Source: an uncultured Gammaproteobacteria bacterium (GTDB lineage Bacteria > Pseudomonadota > Gammaproteobacteria > UBA9214). Taken from it: a stretch of DNA of 64,000 nt. Positions within the stretch are counted from its first letter, which is position 1. Each line of letters begins with the position of its first letter. Below the pieces are notes generated by a model, which saw nothing but the letters and a program-made list of their open reading frames with translations, made no database searches and was not told where the DNA came from. The DNA lies in the NCBI GenBank assembly GCA_963773065.1, contig CAVYZN010000011.1:188967-252966 (forward strand), in the 5' to 3' direction. Made by a program: the position numbers and the translations under genes. Of the stretch, positions 1-10,423 are shown piece after piece.

Positions 1-498
<498 letters not shown>

Positions 499-522
499 TT
501 ACCTTAAGGATTATCCTCAAGA

Positions 523-547
523 GGCCAGCATTGCTGGCCTTTTTATT
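523..547 (+). terminator. rho-independent terminator after adk
   Basis: GGCCAG-CATTG-CTGGCC hairpin immediately followed by TTTTTATT. Confidence 0.75.
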
Positions 548-954
548 AAATGGCTAGCCGTGGTCTGCATAATGCAATATTGACCTTTGGTACGACTACC
601 AACGGCAGCAGATTTGCTGCTAAACTGTCCTGAACGTCAAATATGTGACATCATGACCCTGGTGTAAACGGTACTTTATGCTCATTTCCGGTTGGATTTA
701 AATGATTAAGGCACACACATACAGTGGTTCCTTCTATATGGTAGAGACGACCTGTGTAATGCGGCATAGGCTGCCTAGATAAGTCAATATTAAAATCATA
801 AATATTATGTAATAATATGATTATAAAAATATAATAAAAAAGAATGATACCAGGTGCGACATGTGCAGTAACTTCATGTGGCTGGCAGAATTAATAATGA
901 TACGGTAGGAAACGGAGCATCCTGCTGCGTGTACAGGGACAGGCAGGAGCATTT

Positions 955-2472
955 ATGGTTGCGGGTATAGACAAACAGGAAGAAATCGATCCCAGCGGCA
1001 TTCGCAAGCTGCTGCGGTTGATTAATTCACTGCGTGACTCACCGGCGGGTAGCGTTATCTACCGCCAGCTCGAGTACATGCTGGATGATATTGCAACCAA
1101 CCATCTGAAGACGGAAATCGCCTATGCCGGATTCGTGAATTCGCTGCTCGATGCCTTTGCTGCAAATCTCACCCCCGGTTCATCACGCTATGTCCAGGTC
1201 AGGCTGTTGCAGGCGCGGCTGCAGCCGCCGCTTACCGCCACCGAGTTGAGCACTCTGAGCAAATTCGTAACTCAGTGTGCGGACGAAATACGGGAAACGC
1301 GCGATGCCGGTTCCGCGGCGTTTACCGCGGCCATCAGCCCGCTGTTGCATGCTTTCGGTATCGAGGAGCCGGTAATGGCGGTGAGCCAGACACCCGGGGT
1401 GGTGGTTGCCCCTGCCGGTATGCCGCAGACCGGTTCCGAAACGGTGGTCACTGATCAGGAATCACAGCCGGAGGCGGGAGCGGCAGTCTTGACGGATGAG
1501 GAGGCTGATCTCTCTCCCGAAGTGATAGACGATGAAGCCGAAGCCGATGAGGCGTATGAGGTGGAGGACGACGCCTATGCGGCCATCGTTCCCGCCATAG
1601 GGAGTGAGAATTATCACCACGAACTGGAAGCCCGGCGTGAGGATATAAACAAGCTGCAAACCAGCCTGGGGCAGCAGGTGATGGAAACAATCACCCAGAA
1701 TGAGGAGTTCGGGGTGATCCTCGAGATGGTTATGGCCGAGTTGCGCCAGACCGAGGAGGTCGCTGGTATCGAAAATACGCGCTGGACGCTGATTCGCGAG
1801 ATCGAGAAGCTCATGAAAGGGCACAATGAACTGGCCGACAAACTGGACAGTACCCACCATTACCTGCAACTGGTCGAATCCGACAGCCGCGAGTTGACCG
1901 ATGAATTGAGCCGGGTACGGATGCTCAGCCTCACCGATGAGCTGACCGGTCTCGCGAATCGCCGTGCTTTCATGCGACGCATGGAAGACGAGGTTGCGCG
2001 TGTTCAGCGTTACGGCTTCCCCCTGTCTTTTGCACTCCTGGACCTCGATCATTTCAAGAGCATCAATGATGAGTATGGCCACGCCGCCGGAGATGAAGTT
2101 CTGCGCGTTTATGCCAAGAATATACTTTCGGTGTTCCGTCACCACGATATGGTGGCCCGCTATGGCGGCGAGGAGTTCGCCGTTTTGTTGCCGAACACGG
2201 ATGCCGACGGAGCCATTCGCGCGCTGAATAAGGTCAAGCGGCGCGCTGGTGAAACACGCTGGCAAAGCAACAGCACGATCTCGCAAGTGCCATCGTTTTC
2301 CGCCGGCGTATCCCTGTTCAAACCTGGTGAATCGGCCAGCGCCTTCATCGAGCGGGCCGACAAGGCCCTGTACCGGGCGAAACGGCTGGGGCGTGACCGG
2401 ATCGAGTTGGACATAACCTACGAAACGGAAGAAAGCCGCCGATCACCTCGACGCCGCAGTACCGATCTCTGA
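955..2472 (+). CDS. diguanylate cyclase (GGDEF domain protein)
   Basis: 505-aa ORF. The C-terminus LLDLDHFKSINDEYGHAAGDEVL...ARYGGEEFAVLLP...ALYRAKRLGRDR is a GGDEF domain with an intact GGEEF. The N-terminal half is acidic and coiled-coil-like, with no sensor domain I recognise. Confidence 0.88.
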   Translation: MVAGIDKQEEIDPSGIRKLLRLINSLRDSPAGSVIYRQLEYMLDDIATNHLKTEIAYAGFVNSLLDAFAANLTPGSSRYVQVRLLQARLQPPLTATELSTLSKFVTQCADEIRETRDAGSAAFTAAISPLLHAFGIEEPVMAVSQTPGVVVAPAGMPQTGSETVVTDQESQPEAGAAVLTDEEADLSPEVIDDEAEADEAYEVEDDAYAAIVPAIGSENYHHELEARREDINKLQTSLGQQVMETITQNEEFGVILEMVMAELRQTEEVAGIENTRWTLIREIEKLMKGHNELADKLDSTHHYLQLVESDSRELTDELSRVRMLSLTDELTGLANRRAFMRRMEDEVARVQRYGFPLSFALLDLDHFKSINDEYGHAAGDEVLRVYAKNILSVFRHHDMVARYGGEEFAVLLPNTDADGAIRALNKVKRRAGETRWQSNSTISQVPSFSAGVSLFKPGESASAFIERADKALYRAKRLGRDRIELDITYETEESRRSPRRRSTDL

Positions 2473-2548
2473 TGATCCCTGCTTCCGGCTGCACCGTCAG
2501 ACTGTATAATCGCCTCCCATCATTCATCAGTGAAGGGATACCGGTTTT

Positions 2549-2914
2549 ATGGCCACGGTCGATGTGACCCGTGACACGCTGGAAAGCGTGATCAACGGGA
2601 ATGATATAGTGCTGGTCGATTTCTGGGCGGCATGGTGCGGACCCTGCAGGCAGTTTGCACCCGTTTATGACGCCATGTCGGAACAGCACCCGGATGTGGT
2701 ATTCGCCAAGGTGAATACCGAGGAGCAGCGCGAGCTCGCTAATTATTTCCAGATCCGTTCGATTCCCACATTGATGGTCTTCCGGGAGCAGATCATCGTC
2801 TATTCACAGCCGGGTGCATTGCCACCGGCGGCATTGGCTAATGTCGTGGATAAGGTGCGAGAACTCGACATGAACCAGATCCGCAAGGAGATTGCGGAAG
2901 CGGGACAGGGCTGA
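2549..2914 (+). CDS. thioredoxin
   Basis: 121-aa ORF with VLVDFWAAWCGPCRQFAPVYD (WCGPC active site) and a thioredoxin fold pattern. Confidence 0.9.
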   Translation: MATVDVTRDTLESVINGNDIVLVDFWAAWCGPCRQFAPVYDAMSEQHPDVVFAKVNTEEQRELANYFQIRSIPTLMVFREQIIVYSQPGALPPAALANVVDKVRELDMNQIRKEIAEAGQG

Positions 2915-2981
2915 CCGGCCATGAACGGGGCGAGACTGTTCAGCCCGGCTAGACCCAGCGCGGTACGCCCGAACAGGCCTG

Positions 2982-3656
2982 TTGACGGCCCTGCTGCTGA
3001 TCTGTTCCATGACGGCGATGGCTGCCGATACCGATACCCATTACAACCGCATTCAGCTCCAGGCGCAGCAGCTTGAGTCGGTCGGCAACGACACGCTGCA
3101 CGTCACCCTGAACACCTACGGTGAAGCGCGGGATCCTGCCAGCCTGGCCACCCGGATCAATGAGGACATGGAGTGGGCGCTGCGGATTGCGAAACGCTAC
3201 GAGGAGGTAACGGCCGGGACCGGCGTCTACCAGACCTACCCCGTCTACAGGGATAACGTACTCAAGGGGTGGCGCGGGGAGCAGAGTCTGCAGCTCGAGG
3301 GAAAGGACAGCCGGCGCATTGGCGTATTGGTGGGCGAATTGCAGGAAAAACTGCAGGTGAAGGCCATGTCTTTTTCGGTGTCGGACGAAAAACGCACCGA
3401 GGTCGAAAACCGCCTCATCAGCCGGGCGCTGGATGCCTTCAAGGCGCGCGCGGCTATCGTCGTTGACAATCTGCACGCAAGCGGTTACCGCATCGTGGAT
3501 ATCTCCATCAGCACATCATCTCAAAGACCGCCGATGCCCTATCCGATCGGCATGATGGCTGCCCCGATGCAGGCCGAATCGCGCGTCGCCGTCGAGGCCG
3601 GTGAAAGCGATGTCAGCGTTGCAGTCAGCGGAACTGTCGAACTGTCACTACCCTGA
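2982..3656 (+). CDS. SIMPL/DUF541 family periplasmic protein (YggE-like)
   Basis: 224-aa ORF with a short signal-like N-terminus (LLLICSMTAMAA). The overall pattern (two-part alpha/beta, ...ALDAFKARAAIVVDNLHASGYRIVDISI...) is typical of SIMPL domain proteins. Start (TTG) is uncertain. Confidence 0.7.
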   Translation: MTALLLICSMTAMAADTDTHYNRIQLQAQQLESVGNDTLHVTLNTYGEARDPASLATRINEDMEWALRIAKRYEEVTAGTGVYQTYPVYRDNVLKGWRGEQSLQLEGKDSRRIGVLVGELQEKLQVKAMSFSVSDEKRTEVENRLISRALDAFKARAAIVVDNLHASGYRIVDISISTSSQRPPMPYPIGMMAAPMQAESRVAVEAGESDVSVAVSGTVELSLP

Positions 3657-3707
3657 TCTCCTGCTGTCATCAGTTTCCGACTGCGCAACCGCGGCAATAC
3701 AGGGGCT

Positions 3708-4748
3708 TTATGCCAGATCCGGTTCCCCGCAATGTGCGCTGATTTCCCGGCGTGCGGCATCGCGCAGTACCAAGGCGTCCCGCCAGCTATTGCCCGTCGG
3801 CGAGATGGGAGGGCGGATGATGACCTCGATGCGCGCCCGCCGCGGGAGCCAATTGTCGCTGCGCACGATATTGCGCGCGCCCCGGATCGCAACCGGTACC
3901 ACGGCCGCGCCGCTATGCGTGGCCGTTACGAACGCGCCCATGCGGAACGGCTGCAGGCCTGCAAAACTGATGAAGGTGCCTTCCGGGAAGAACACCAGGG
4001 TGTGGCCGTTTTTCGACCTCCTGGCAATGCGGCGTACCGACGTCGCCCCGCGGTGGGGATTGAAGCGGTCAACGAATTCAACACCAAAGCGTTGCAGGAT
4101 CAGGCGAATGGGCAGTAGGCGGGAAAGTTCGCCCTTCACGATGAAGCGTATCGGGATTCCCATCGCGGCGATGAGGATGAACCCGTCCAGATAACTGGTA
4201 TGGTTCGCGACGACGATCACGGGTTTGACAACCGCCAGGTATTCGTGTCCGGAGACTGTCAATGGCGTAAAGGTGCACCGGAACAGCAGCCTGGTGCTGG
4301 CGCGCGCGATATGGCGCCGCCAACGCCGCACCGGGGTGAGTACCATCAATAGCCAGACAGGTAGACCCAGGGTGATCAGTACCAGCCAGGCATAGGTACC
4401 AAAGAGCCATTCCGTCAGCGTGCGTAGTGATTGCCGGGTGGCGGCGGGCAGCCGGCCCGGGTCGGCGAATCGGCCCATCAGCAGCTCGCTGGCATCGGCC
4501 TGCATGGCGGGCATCCCCTCCCGCGATGCCGCCTGGCGACCGCTTTTCTGCGCAAGGATCACCTGCATCAGTTCATGGGGAGTGTAGGCGCAGACAGCGG
4601 CTCTTTCATCCAGGTTTACATTGAACGCCTTCTCGATGCGGTTGCGCAACTCCATGCGCGCCAGGCTGTCCAGACCGAGTTCACGCTCCAGCAGGGTATG
4701 AGGGGTGAAGTGGATATGTTTCCACTTCGGGTGTACCTCGCCTACCAT
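3708..4748 (-). CDS. 1-acyl-sn-glycerol-3-phosphate acyltransferase (PlsC family) with N-terminal acyl-carrier-like domain
   Basis: N-terminus ERELGLDSLARMELRNRIEKAF matches a phosphopantetheine-attachment-like motif. A membrane segment follows, then VVANHTSYLDGFIL (HX4D) and FFPEGT acyltransferase motifs. The carrier-like helix continues upstream of the ATG with no canonical start, so the true start may be upstream or frameshifted. Confidence 0.8.
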   Translation of the reverse strand: MVGEVHPKWKHIHFTPHTLLERELGLDSLARMELRNRIEKAFNVNLDERAAVCAYTPHELMQVILAQKSGRQAASREGMPAMQADASELLMGRFADPGRLPAATRQSLRTLTEWLFGTYAWLVLITLGLPVWLLMVLTPVRRWRRHIARASTRLLFRCTFTPLTVSGHEYLAVVKPVIVVANHTSYLDGFILIAAMGIPIRFIVKGELSRLLPIRLILQRFGVEFVDRFNPHRGATSVRRIARRSKNGHTLVFFPEGTFISFAGLQPFRMGAFVTATHSGAAVVPVAIRGARNIVRSDNWLPRRARIEVIIRPPISPTGNSWRDALVLRDAARREISAHCGEPDLA

Positions 4749-4924
4749 GGCGCGGATAACCGCAATCAGTGCATTGATATCCGGTAGGCATACGGAGGTC
4801 GGGAGTATGTCGCTCGTGTTCGCTCATGGATTTCAAGCAGGATATCCGACAGTTTCCCGTTGCGGTTGGACTGGACTGAATGCTGATCTCATTCGATGCC
4901 GATTATGCTAATGTAAAAAGCATC

Positions 4925-6304
4925 ATGAATCACATTACCCATTTCCGCAATTCCCGGTATGCAAAACTGTTGCTCCTGCTGCTGTGGCTGGCGCCGCTCT
5001 GCAATCCGGCGGCGGAGCAGCGCAACGCCGTGGTGCTCGATATGCAGGGAGCCATCGGCCCGGCAACCGGCGACTACATTCATCGCGGGATTGAGCAGGC
5101 CGTGGCGCGCCATGCAGAGCTGATTATCCTGCGCATGGACACGCCCGGCGGTCTCGACAGCAGCATGCGCGATATCATCCAGGATATCCTGGTGTCGCCT
5201 ATTCCGGTGGTCGCCTATGTTGCTCCAAGTGGCGCGCGGGCGGCCAGTGCGGGTACCTATATTCTCTATGCCAGCCATGTGGCGGCGATGGCGCCCGGTA
5301 CGAATCTGGGCGCGGCAACACCGGTGGAGATCGGCGGCGTACACCCGGATGTTCCGGGCGGCAAGGGCAAGGGTGGCGAGGGGTCCGGGAACGGGGCCGG
5401 TCCGGGCAGCCAGGATGTGATGGAACGCAAACAGGTCAATGATGCCGCCGCCTATATCCGCGGGCTGGCGCAGCTGCGCGGGCGCAACGCCGAGTGGGCT
5501 GAACTCGCCGTGCGCGAGGCCGCCAGCCTTCCGGCCGGTGAGGCGCTCGATAAAGGCGTTATCGACCTGGTGGCCGGGGACATGGATGAGCTGCTGCGGC
5601 AGTTGCAGGGACGCACCGTCACCCTGCTGGGGACGACCCGGGTACTGGAGACGGCCGGCCTGCGCATCGAAACGATAGAACCGGACTGGCGCAGCCGGCT
5701 GCTGGCGGTGATTACGGACCCGAATGTGGCCTATGTGCTCATGCTGATCGGCATTTATGGCCTGTTTTTCGAGTTCGCCAACCCGGGCTATGTTCTGCCC
5801 GGGGTGGCCGGGGCCATCTGCCTGGTGCTTGCACTCTATGCCTTCCAGATTCTGCCGGTGAATTATGCCGGACTCGCGCTGTTGTCGCTCGGCATCCTGT
5901 TCATGCTGGCGGAGGCGTTTGTCCCCAGCTTCGGGGCGCTGGGTATCGGCGGCGTCATCGGGTTCGTGATCGGCTCGGTCATTCTGTTTGATCAGGGGGC
6001 CGCCGGTTATGCCGTCTCGCTGCCGCTGATTCTGTCGCTCTCGCTCGCCAGCGCCGGATTTTTCCTGTTTGTTGTCGGGGCCGCCGTCAAGGCCCGCAAG
6101 CGCCCGGTGGTCAGCGGCCGGGAAGAACTGCTGCACGCGCGCGGTGAGGTGCTCGATGACTTTGCGGGCAAGGGGCGGATCCGCATCCACGGCGAGATCT
6201 GGCAGGCCGAAACGAAAGTGCCGCTCAGACGCGGCGACAGGGTAAGGGTGACCGCTGTTGACGGTCTTGTGCTGAGCGTCGAGCCGGAAACAAAGGAGAA
6301 ATGA
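4925..6304 (+). CDS. NfeD-family membrane-bound ClpP-class serine protease
   Basis: Signal/anchor, then a ClpP-like domain ([16 protein letters not shown]...[26 protein letters not shown]), multiple TM helices and a C-terminal OB-like tail. Sits directly upstream of an SPFH gene. Start chosen at ATG 4925 inside the 4880 ORF. Confidence 0.85.
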   Translation: MNHITHFRNSRYAKLLLLLLWLAPLCNPAAEQRNAVVLDMQGAIGPATGDYIHRGIEQAVARHAELIILRMDTPGGLDSSMRDIIQDILVSPIPVVAYVAPSGARAASAGTYILYASHVAAMAPGTNLGAATPVEIGGVHPDVPGGKGKGGEGSGNGAGPGSQDVMERKQVNDAAAYIRGLAQLRGRNAEWAELAVREAASLPAGEALDKGVIDLVAGDMDELLRQLQGRTVTLLGTTRVLETAGLRIETIEPDWRSRLLAVITDPNVAYVLMLIGIYGLFFEFANPGYVLPGVAGAICLVLALYAFQILPVNYAGLALLSLGILFMLAEAFVPSFGALGIGGVIGFVIGSVILFDQGAAGYAVSLPLILSLSLASAGFFLFVVGAAVKARKRPVVSGREELLHARGEVLDDFAGKGRIRIHGEIWQAETKVPLRRGDRVRVTAVDGLVLSVEPETKEK

Positions 6305-6305
6305 G

Positions 6306-7064
6306 ATGGCAATACCAGGCATATTTGTCGCGCTGATCATTTTTGTCGCGCTGATGTTGTACACCTTCCGTGTTCTCAGGGAATACGAACGCGCCGTCGT
6401 CTTTACCCTGGGACGCTTCTGGAAGGTCAAGGGTCCCGGACTGATCATCATCATCCCGGTCGTCCAGCAGATGGTAAGAGTCGATCTGCGCACGGTGGTG
6501 ATGGATGTGCCCAGCCAGGATGTCATATCGCGCGACAACGTCTCGGTGAAGGTTAATGCCGTGCTCTATTTCCGCGTCATCGATCCCGAGCGTTCCATCA
6601 TCCAGGTCGAGGATTATCTGGCCGCAACCTCTCAACTGGCGCAGACCACCCTGCGCTCCGTGCTCGGGCAGCACGAACTGGACGACATGCTGGCGGAGCG
6701 GGACAAGCTCAACGCCCATATCCAGACACTGCTGGATCAGCAGACCGATGCCTGGGGCATCAAGGTCATGAATGTGGAGATCAAACATGTCGATATCGAC
6801 GAAAGCATGGTGCGCGCCATTGCCCGCCAGGCGGAAGCCGAGCGCGAACGGCGCGCCAAGATCATCCACGCCGAAGGTGAAATGCAGGCCTCCGAGAAAC
6901 TCGTGGAGGCGGCGCGCATTCTCAACCAGCAGCCCCAGTCGCTGCAACTGCGCTACCTGCAGACGTTGACGGAAATCGCCGGTGATAAAAGTTCGACCAT
7001 CGTCTTTCCTCTGCCGCTGGACAGCATCGGCCGCCTGTTTGAGCGGTCCCGCCCAGAAGGCTGA
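6306..7064 (+). CDS. SPFH/band-7 (stomatin-like) protein
   Basis: 252-aa ORF with an N-terminal TM and an SPFH core (VVFTLGRF...[30 protein letters not shown]...[12 protein letters not shown]). Classic nfeD-SPFH operon with 1-nt spacing. Confidence 0.9.
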   Translation: MAIPGIFVALIIFVALMLYTFRVLREYERAVVFTLGRFWKVKGPGLIIIIPVVQQMVRVDLRTVVMDVPSQDVISRDNVSVKVNAVLYFRVIDPERSIIQVEDYLAATSQLAQTTLRSVLGQHELDDMLAERDKLNAHIQTLLDQQTDAWGIKVMNVEIKHVDIDESMVRAIARQAEAERERRAKIIHAEGEMQASEKLVEAARILNQQPQSLQLRYLQTLTEIAGDKSSTIVFPLPLDSIGRLFERSRPEG

Positions 7065-7081
7065 ACGGAGAAAGAGCGGTT

Positions 7082-8020
7082 TTGGCCGCCAGGCAAAAGA
7101 ACACGGCACCGGGCCCTGCCGGCATTAATGAGGCGACGCGCCAGGCCATCGAGCAGTTCCTCGACGTCCTGTGGATGGAGCGTGGGTTGAGCGAGAACAC
7201 CCTGGCGGCCTATCGCAACGACCTCAACGGGTTCTCTGCCTGGCTGGCGGCCCGTGGTTGCGCCATCGTGGCGGCACGCCGGGAGGATCTTCTGGATTAC
7301 CTGTCGGAACGCGTGGTCAATGGCGCCAGGCCGCGGACCACGGCGCGGCTGTTGTCCTCCCTGCGCCGCTTCTATCGTTATCTCATTCGTGACGGCAGGC
7401 TCACCGACGATCCCAGTGTCCGCATCGATACCCCGCGTATCGGCCGGTCCCTGCCGGATTCCCTGAGCGAGGAGGAAGTCGAGGCGCTGCTAGGCGCGCC
7501 GGATGTCGGCGCGGCGCTGGGCCTGCGCGATCGCGCCATGCTGGAACTCCTCTATGCCTGCGGCCTGCGTGTCTCGGAACTGGTCAATGTGACCACGGAG
7601 CAGATCAATATCACCCAGGGTGTCATGCGCGTGGTGGGCAAGGGCAACAAGGAGCGCCTGATTCCCCTGGGCGAGGAGGCCGCGGACTGGCTGCAGCGTT
7701 ACGCCGCCGAGAGCCGGCCGGAACTGGCCGGCGGGATCAGCGCCAGGCAGTTGTTCATCACCCGCCGCGGCCGGGCCATGACGCGCCAGGCGTTTTGGTA
7801 CCGCCTGCGTCACTATGCCGTAATATCCGGGATTAACAAGGCGTTGTCCCCGCATACCCTGCGACACGCCTTCGCCACGCACCTGCTCAACCACGGCGCG
7901 GATCTGCGTGTGGTGCAAATGCTGCTCGGTCATAGTGACCTGTCGACCACGCAGATATATACTCATGTGGCGCGCGAACGCCTGAAGGAATTGCACGCCC
8001 GGCATCATCCGCGCGGTTGA
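7082..8020 (+). CDS. xerD: tyrosine recombinase XerD
   Basis: Near full-length pattern match to XerD: FLDVLWMERGLSENTLAAYRNDL...ELLYACGLRVSELV...GKGNKERLIPLGEEA...LSPHTLRHAFATHLLNHGADLRVVQMLLGHSDLSTTQIYTHV. Confidence 0.93.
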   Translation: MAARQKNTAPGPAGINEATRQAIEQFLDVLWMERGLSENTLAAYRNDLNGFSAWLAARGCAIVAARREDLLDYLSERVVNGARPRTTARLLSSLRRFYRYLIRDGRLTDDPSVRIDTPRIGRSLPDSLSEEEVEALLGAPDVGAALGLRDRAMLELLYACGLRVSELVNVTTEQINITQGVMRVVGKGNKERLIPLGEEAADWLQRYAAESRPELAGGISARQLFITRRGRAMTRQAFWYRLRHYAVISGINKALSPHTLRHAFATHLLNHGADLRVVQMLLGHSDLSTTQIYTHVARERLKELHARHHPRG

Positions 8021-8127
8021 GAGGTCAGCTTCTTGCGCGAGTGCGGATAGCGCCGATTAATGGCATGAACTTCTCCGGTAGATCGGCTGTCGAACCGGAA
8101 CCGAATCTAACAGGATCAAGTGGTTTT

Positions 8128-8856
8128 ATGATGAATACACGACTGGTCAAGACTGGCCTGCTGGCGCTGGCAATGGCGGTAATGAATGCGGCGCAGGCCG
8201 AACCCGGCAGTCATGAGGCGATCGAGGCCTCGCTCAAGCAGGTGCTGCCGGACATGAAAACGGACCAGATCCGACCATCCCCGATCGACGGGATTTCCGA
8301 GGTGCAGGTCGGACCGCGCCTGTTTTACGTGACCAACGATGGCAAGTACCTGCTGCAGGGCAGCCTGATCGACCTGCATACCCGGCAGGACATCAGCGAG
8401 AACCGCCGCAAGACCTTCCGCCTGGACGCAATCAACGCCATCGGCGAGCAGAACATGATCATCTTCCCGGCGAAAAACCCGCGCCATACGATCACCGTGT
8501 TTACCGATGTGGATTGCACCTATTGCCGCAAGCTGCACAAGGAAATCAACCGCTACAACGACCTCGGTATTACCGTGCGCTACCTCCTGTACCCGCGTTC
8601 CGGCGTGAATACGCCGTCTTACTACAAGGCGGTCACCGTCTGGTGCAACGAGAATCGCCAGGATGCCTTAACCCGCGCCAAGGCGGGTGAAGAGCTCAAG
8701 CCGCGCGAGTGTGCAAACCCCGTCATGGCCCTGATGGAACTGGGCCAGTCGATGGATCTGCAGGGCACGCCCGCGATAGTCACGGATGGCGGTGAAATGC
8801 TGCCGGGTTATGTGCCGCCCGACAGCCTTGCAAAGGCGCTCGATGCGACCATGTAA
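8128..8856 (+). CDS. dsbC: thiol:disulfide interchange protein DsbC
   Basis: Signal peptide, dimerisation domain and TVFTDVDCTYCRKLH (CxxC). ...GITVRYLLYPR... and GTPAIVTDGGEMLPGYVPP match the DsbC pattern. Start set at ATG 8128 within the 8017 ORF. Confidence 0.88.
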   Translation: MMNTRLVKTGLLALAMAVMNAAQAEPGSHEAIEASLKQVLPDMKTDQIRPSPIDGISEVQVGPRLFYVTNDGKYLLQGSLIDLHTRQDISENRRKTFRLDAINAIGEQNMIIFPAKNPRHTITVFTDVDCTYCRKLHKEINRYNDLGITVRYLLYPRSGVNTPSYYKAVTVWCNENRQDALTRAKAGEELKPRECANPVMALMELGQSMDLQGTPAIVTDGGEMLPGYVPPDSLAKALDATM

Positions 8857-8877
8857 GCCGCCGGTGCCGCGGGCGCT

Positions 8878-9742
8878 TCAATGCATCGCCGTAAACAGCT
8901 TGCGGCGGTAGGTCTTTACCAGCTCGTCTTCGTCTCCCAGCAGCTCGAACACCGCCAGCAGTCCTTTGCGGCCGGCATCATCGTTGAATGAGCGGTCGTT
9001 CTGAATGAGGTACAGCAATTCGTCCATGGCCGCCTGCAGCCTGCCGGATAAGCACATAGCGCGCCGCCAGCGCGTAACGGGCCGGGCTATCCCCCGGCTG
9101 CTTCCTGACTTGTTGTTCGAGTTCCGCGATCGGCGCGGCATCCTGCGCAACCCGGGCGAAGTCCAGCAAGGCGCGCAGCCGGCGCGCCTCCGTTCCCTCA
9201 CGGATCTCCCGGGGCAGGGCATCCAGCAGGGATTCCACCTCCGCGAGTCGCCCCGCCTCGAGACTCAAGCCGGCGCGTGCAAGCGGCACGCGGTAATTTT
9301 CCGGATCGGCTGCCTGTGCCTCGCGCAGCATGGCGAGCGCCTCGTCGGTACGGCCTTGCCGGTGGACATCCAATGCCGCGAGTCGCAGCGTGTCCGAGGC
9401 GCGCACGATGTAAGGATCCAGCAGGGTGCGCAGCGTTGACTCGGTCTGAGCGCCGAGTATCTCCTCGACCACGCGACCGTCCTTGTACAGGCGCATGGTG
9501 GGCAGGCTGCGGATGCCATGTTCCTGCGCCAGCCGGCGCTCCGTGTCGGTATTCACCTTGGCGAGCAGGAATTTCCCCGCGTGCTCCCCGACCAGTTTGA
9601 CCAGCACCGGCATCTGCATATGACAGGGTCCGCACCAGTCGGCCCAGAAATCAACCAGCACCGGCACCGTGTGCGACGCCTCGATGACCTGCTTCTGGAA
9701 CGTGTCCCGGGTGACAGTGTGGATGTAGGGGGTATCGTTCAT
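8878..9742 (-). pseudogene. thioredoxin-domain/TPR co-chaperone-like protein (YbbN/CnoX architecture), apparent frameshift
   Basis: The N-terminal ORF (9742 down to ~9050) carries VLVDFWADWCGPCHM plus TPR-like repeats. The expected C-terminus ...SGRLQAAMDELLYLIQNDRSFNDDAGRKGLLAVFELLGDEDELVKTYRRKLFTAMH continues in another frame (ORF 8878-9222). The frames switch at about 9046-9050. Confidence 0.75.
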
Positions 9743-9821
9743 GACTGTCTGATACGTGTCCTTATTGCGGATGCCGGCGGATTACCTGCGATCGAAAACC
9801 CGGCTTCCCGGTGACGCGGGA

Positions 9822-10145
9822 TCAGCGTTCCAGATACTGCAGCTTGTCCGGAACATCCTTCCATTCCTCGGAATCGGGCGGCGGGTCCTTTTTCTGGGTG
9901 ATCACCGGCCATTGCCTGGCCAGTTCGGCATTGAGCGCCAGGAACTGTTCCTGGCCGGCGGGCAGGTCATCCTCGGCGAAGATGGCGTTGATCGGGCATT
10001 CCGGTTCACACAGTGTGCAGTCGATGCACTCGTCCGGGTCGATGACGAGGAAGTTGGGGCCTTCGTGGAAACAGTCGACCGGGCAGACTTCAACACAGTC
10101 CGTGTATTTGCACTTGATACAACTCTCAACGACGACAAATGTCAT
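9822..10145 (-). CDS. fdxA: 7Fe ferredoxin (FdxA type)
   Basis: [55 protein letters not shown] is the characteristic Azotobacter-type [3Fe-4S][4Fe-4S] ferredoxin cysteine pattern. Confidence 0.92.
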   Translation of the reverse strand: MTFVVVESCIKCKYTDCVEVCPVDCFHEGPNFLVIDPDECIDCTLCEPECPINAIFAEDDLPAGQEQFLALNAELARQWPVITQKKDPPPDSEEWKDVPDKLQYLER

Positions 10146-10423
10146 GGGGTTCTCCTAAGTCGGTGCTTCTTTCGGCGGTTTCGCATGGCGGATCAGTTAG
10201 GCCGGAATCTTAACAAAGCTATCTGTTCGGCAGGTATTTTAGTTTGCTCCAGGTAATTCAGCGCGCTGTTTTCCCTGCCACTGCCAGGCGTTTCCTCAGA
10301 AAATGGCGGGATTATATATCGCTGCAATCCGGTTTTTCTTCCCGCCCGCGGATGGCCGGGGGAGTGTAGTCACGGGGTACGCGGCACGGCCGTCGAGTAA
10401 CTAACCCTCCTTGGGCGGCGCCG

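Noticed and set aside
4889-6538. 549-aa ORF on the minus strand, one of several very long antisense ORFs. Others: 48117-50570 (817 aa), 14109-15410, 53338-54744, 56291-57466, 60308-61309, 1462-2286, 17273-18115.
   Set aside because: Each lies antisense to a gene with clear homology-type motifs (nfeD, IS4 transposase, recA, MmeI-like, ISL3 transposase, DUF1343, GGDEF, alaS). Their translations are Arg/Gly/Pro/Ala-rich low-complexity strings, the usual stop-poor antisense frames of high-GC DNA.
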